64,000 nucleotides of DNA from Chiloscyllium plagiosum (taxonomy: Eukaryota), in contig NC_057718.1 in the NCBI RefSeq assembly GCF_004010195.1, forward strand, positions 104,762,697 through 104,826,696. Direction: 5' to 3'. Below the pieces are notes generated by a model. That model searched no databases, was not told the origin of the DNA, and saw nothing but the letters and a program-made list of their open reading frames with translations. A program made the translations under genes and the position numbers. Positions 60,761 to 64,000 of the stretch are shown here, piece after piece (position 1 is the stretch's first letter; the number at the start of each line of letters is the position of its first letter).

Positions 60761-63700
60761 TGCGGCAGAAACACCAAGGACTCGGGTTTTATAGGCTGTT
60801 TGCAGATAACATTCAAATAATTATTGTTTTAAAATGTGATGGAATCACTGCAAATTCTGTGCATGCCTCTATAAAATAACAATTACACTAGATATTGTTT
60901 CTGTAGAGTTGAGAATGTTTTCATCTGTGTGTCCTCTAGTATGGTTTTAAATGTTTTATTAATCATTGCTTTGTTACTCTGATTACCTGCTGTCGATGAG
61001 CATTGGGTTCAGAGAGCAGGTCTGACGTGTTGTGCATCGTACACACGAAGCCTAAGGGTCATATCATAAACATGATGGCAAGTCAGTAAGTCAGACTGTG
61101 GAGGTCTCAATATTTTTCCAGTTGTCTTTTAGTTCAGACATTCATTTTGTTATTAGCTGACTGTGGCTCTTTTAAACTGTATTCTGTGTTTGTTTGTTTT
61201 TAGTTTTTGTACAGGATTGGCAGTTGATTGTATCTTTTTCTGAAATACCTTTTGATACACGGGACGTAGTTATTTTGCTAGGAAGTGCCCTCACCAAACC
61301 CGGTGAAGTTGAGGTGAACAAGGGTCACTTCTATTTTTTATACACAATGTTCATGTAGCAGGTGCAAGGGGAATATTAAGAGCATCTAAGATGATAAGCA
61401 TGCTATTAATGAAAAGATTTGGGGTCAGGAAAATGTATTTTAACTGTATTTTAAAGAACAGAACTTGTCAGGAATAATTGTCCCTTTCCCAGCATGTTTG
61501 ACTGAACCCTAAATTCATCACTTACAGCATTACCTATACATTCCTCCGAGATGGTTCATTATCATCATCTGGTTCAAAGTTGGATGAGCTGCACCTATAG
61601 GCTCTGATTTTGCTGGATCCTGTCCTGTTAACAGTGTCGGGTTTTTATGTTTCTTGTCCTGGAAGTTTCTGGAAGCAGTGGGAGGAGCTTGGTGATTGGC
61701 TGGACCAACGGTCTGTTTCCTTAACTGATGAGGTGAAAGAATTGTGAGAAATGAACAGGGAGGGATGAAGAAGGGGGTGAATGAAAGTAAGTGATTTACT
61801 GTCAAATTAGATACACAAAGGGAAGTTAAGGAAGGGAATGAAAGATTAATATGACTGGGAGAAAAGAGAAACCAGAAAATATTCACTTTTTAGACATTTT
61901 TAAAATCATTTCCAAACTTGTTCACTTTCTGGGGTAGATAGGTTGATTTGAAGTCTTTGAGCAATCATTGGTGTTGGTCAATAGGTAATTACATTGATAA
62001 TTACGAGACTCCAGTTCCTGCATATTAAAGGAACCATTAGTGCTGAAATATAATCACTTCATGAAAATCACACAGGTTGAAAGCAAAATGTTGTTTCCAT
62101 GAAAGAAATGGAATGGTACAAAGCTTCTGGCAACTTGGGTTTTATGTGAAATCTTTCCTTGCTGTGAGCTGATGACATTCACACACTCTTTGTTATTTAG
62201 TCAGTAAAATCTGAGTGCCTCTTGTATTTTTCTCCAGCTATTCCCAATCATTTCCTTAATCTATTGATTCTGGAGCAGGAGCTCCTCACACTGCAGCACC
62301 CTGTTTGTACCTTAGAGACGTTCAACAACAAGAAACCTATGCAATTGGGTGAAATGAACAATATAGATGTCTTGCATTTTCTGAAAATCTAAGGGCAATA
62401 ACCTGGTGCTATGTTGACCATTTTGGGGGGGGGGGGGGGGGGGGGTGAGATTCAAGTTAGAATCAGACCAAATGGATTTCCAGTTAAATAGCAGGAATTG
62501 GGCTAAGCCAATCTGGTTGTGCTTTTTACTTCCTAGCTGTTCCTGCTCACTGAAATCCCACAGTGTGGGAGGGTGTATGCCTTTATAAAAATAAGCTTAT
62601 CTTCCTCCAAAAAGGGTTTTCAAAGCATCTCAAATCCAGCTGGGTTTGCTCTGATTGTAAAGTGCAGCAGCACGTTGCAACTCTATACAGGGCAGTGCTG
62701 GGAGTGGGGCTTTTTAATTTAAAAACTGTTCCAAAAACCAGCAATAAAGTTTTTTTTGTGTTTGTTGAAAGGTTTTATTGCAGCCTGAGGAAAGTACCTG
62801 ATTCTTCTATTTTACCGATACTTTTCAAAAAACAAGCTTGTGTAAAGTGTTCAGTCGACATTGACCAGAGTGCTGCTTGCACTTCGTTGTTAGCTGTGAT
62901 TCTGTCGATGCCTTTTTGTTGTTGCACCTCAGTAAAGCTTTTCTGAGCCTCTGTACTGAATTCAACTACAGAGCATCACGTTGTGTTTCCAGTCGGAGCG
63001 GTGCTTCCTTTTGTATTATTCTTTAGCCCGGTTTCTGAATAAGAATCTCCCTCTTTTTTTTCCCCCCTCACAACCATCTCCCCCACCTCCCACTTTAGTT
63101 TTAAAGAATCAAATTTCAGGCAAAATCTGAGCTCTATGCATGACTTTTACACTGAGTGTAATGACGCTTTCTACAGCTGATATTTATGCATAGACAAGCA
63201 TATTTGGTATTTGTCTTGTAGATCGCTTTAAAGATGATTGGAATGTACTATGCATAATGCCAAATTATATCATTGCATTCTAGCTTTTGTTATTTTTTAA
63301 CGATACCATGGCAGTTGTGTGAAAACTCCAACGTTGTATTGTTGCAATGCATATGGCTAATTCAGGAGTCACTCTTTTTAAATTAATTTATTTAAGAATG
63401 TTTAAATTATGTTTGGTATCCCATGTTATATTATCTGTTTAAATTCTACTCTTTGTCCTTGCAATGAAAATGGTTTGTTGCTGTAACTGTGACTATCTTT
63501 GGGTTTTTATGTTGAAAATTTGAAACTTTTTATAAACAAGATGAAGGACAGCCAGTGATTGGCTTTACTTGGCCCAGTTTCAGACTGTGTGTGTTTTTCC
63601 CCTGAAAAGCCAAGGCTTGGAATGTGTGGGTTACCACCAGAAATGGCTGATTTTGTAACGATCTACGGTGTCACCTTACAGGAGTTAAAGTATTGGGCAA

Positions 63701-64000
63701 ATTCTCTTGTCCAATTGGATGAATCAGATAAATTATTGAGCTTTGAATTGATTGGGAACTAACCAAAAAATGATTCCTTCCTTCAGGTAAATTCACTATG
63801 CAGTTTGTATACTCTCTCTGATTTTAGGAATATTAGGACTTTCAAATTAACTGTTTAAATTTAATACAGATGTTTTAATGGGGATTTTTTTAAGCACACT
63901 CAGAAGTGGCCATTTCAAAATGGTGCCAGTGTACAAAAGCTGTTTAATGTAAAATGTACAGTGTTTGGACAGTAATGATAAATACTATAAACTCAAGGAC
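60761..64000 (+). other. Probable long 3' UTR of SERTAD2
   Basis: AT-rich and free of recognisable transposons; AATAAA at 62743; the true 3' end cannot be fixed from sequence. Confidence 0.65.

Overview
Vertebrate genomic DNA, most likely from a cartilaginous fish (shark), inferred from HE1-type SINEs, HER1/CR1-type LINEs and Deu-domain SINEs. It is not prokaryotic. One protein-coding gene is supported: SERTAD2 (TRIP-Br2) on the + strand. Its whole 298-aa CDS (59864-60760) lies in one exon that opens at a splice acceptor 4 nt before the ATG, followed by a transposon-free 3' UTR-like region of at least 3.2 kb. The first ~59 kb looks like the long 5' intron(s) of this gene. It is dense with decayed retroelements (CR1, a second CR1/L2-group LINE, L2, several SINE families, Penelope-like elements) and has one 727-N assembly gap. 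Three things stand out. (1) Three families of short Penelope-terminus insertions recur as head-to-head inverted pairs with ~9-15 bp target-site duplications and minimal hammerhead-ribozyme cores; two copies are intact on the SERTAD2 sense strand. (2) Several repeat-poor islands have promoter motifs and splice donors, and their ATGs would either extend SERTAD2 in frame or open a shifted-frame ORF overlapping its weak start codon. (3) There is a ~457-bp near-perfect palindrome. All splicing and activity claims are inferences from sequence alone, and repeat family names are from recall, not from a database search.
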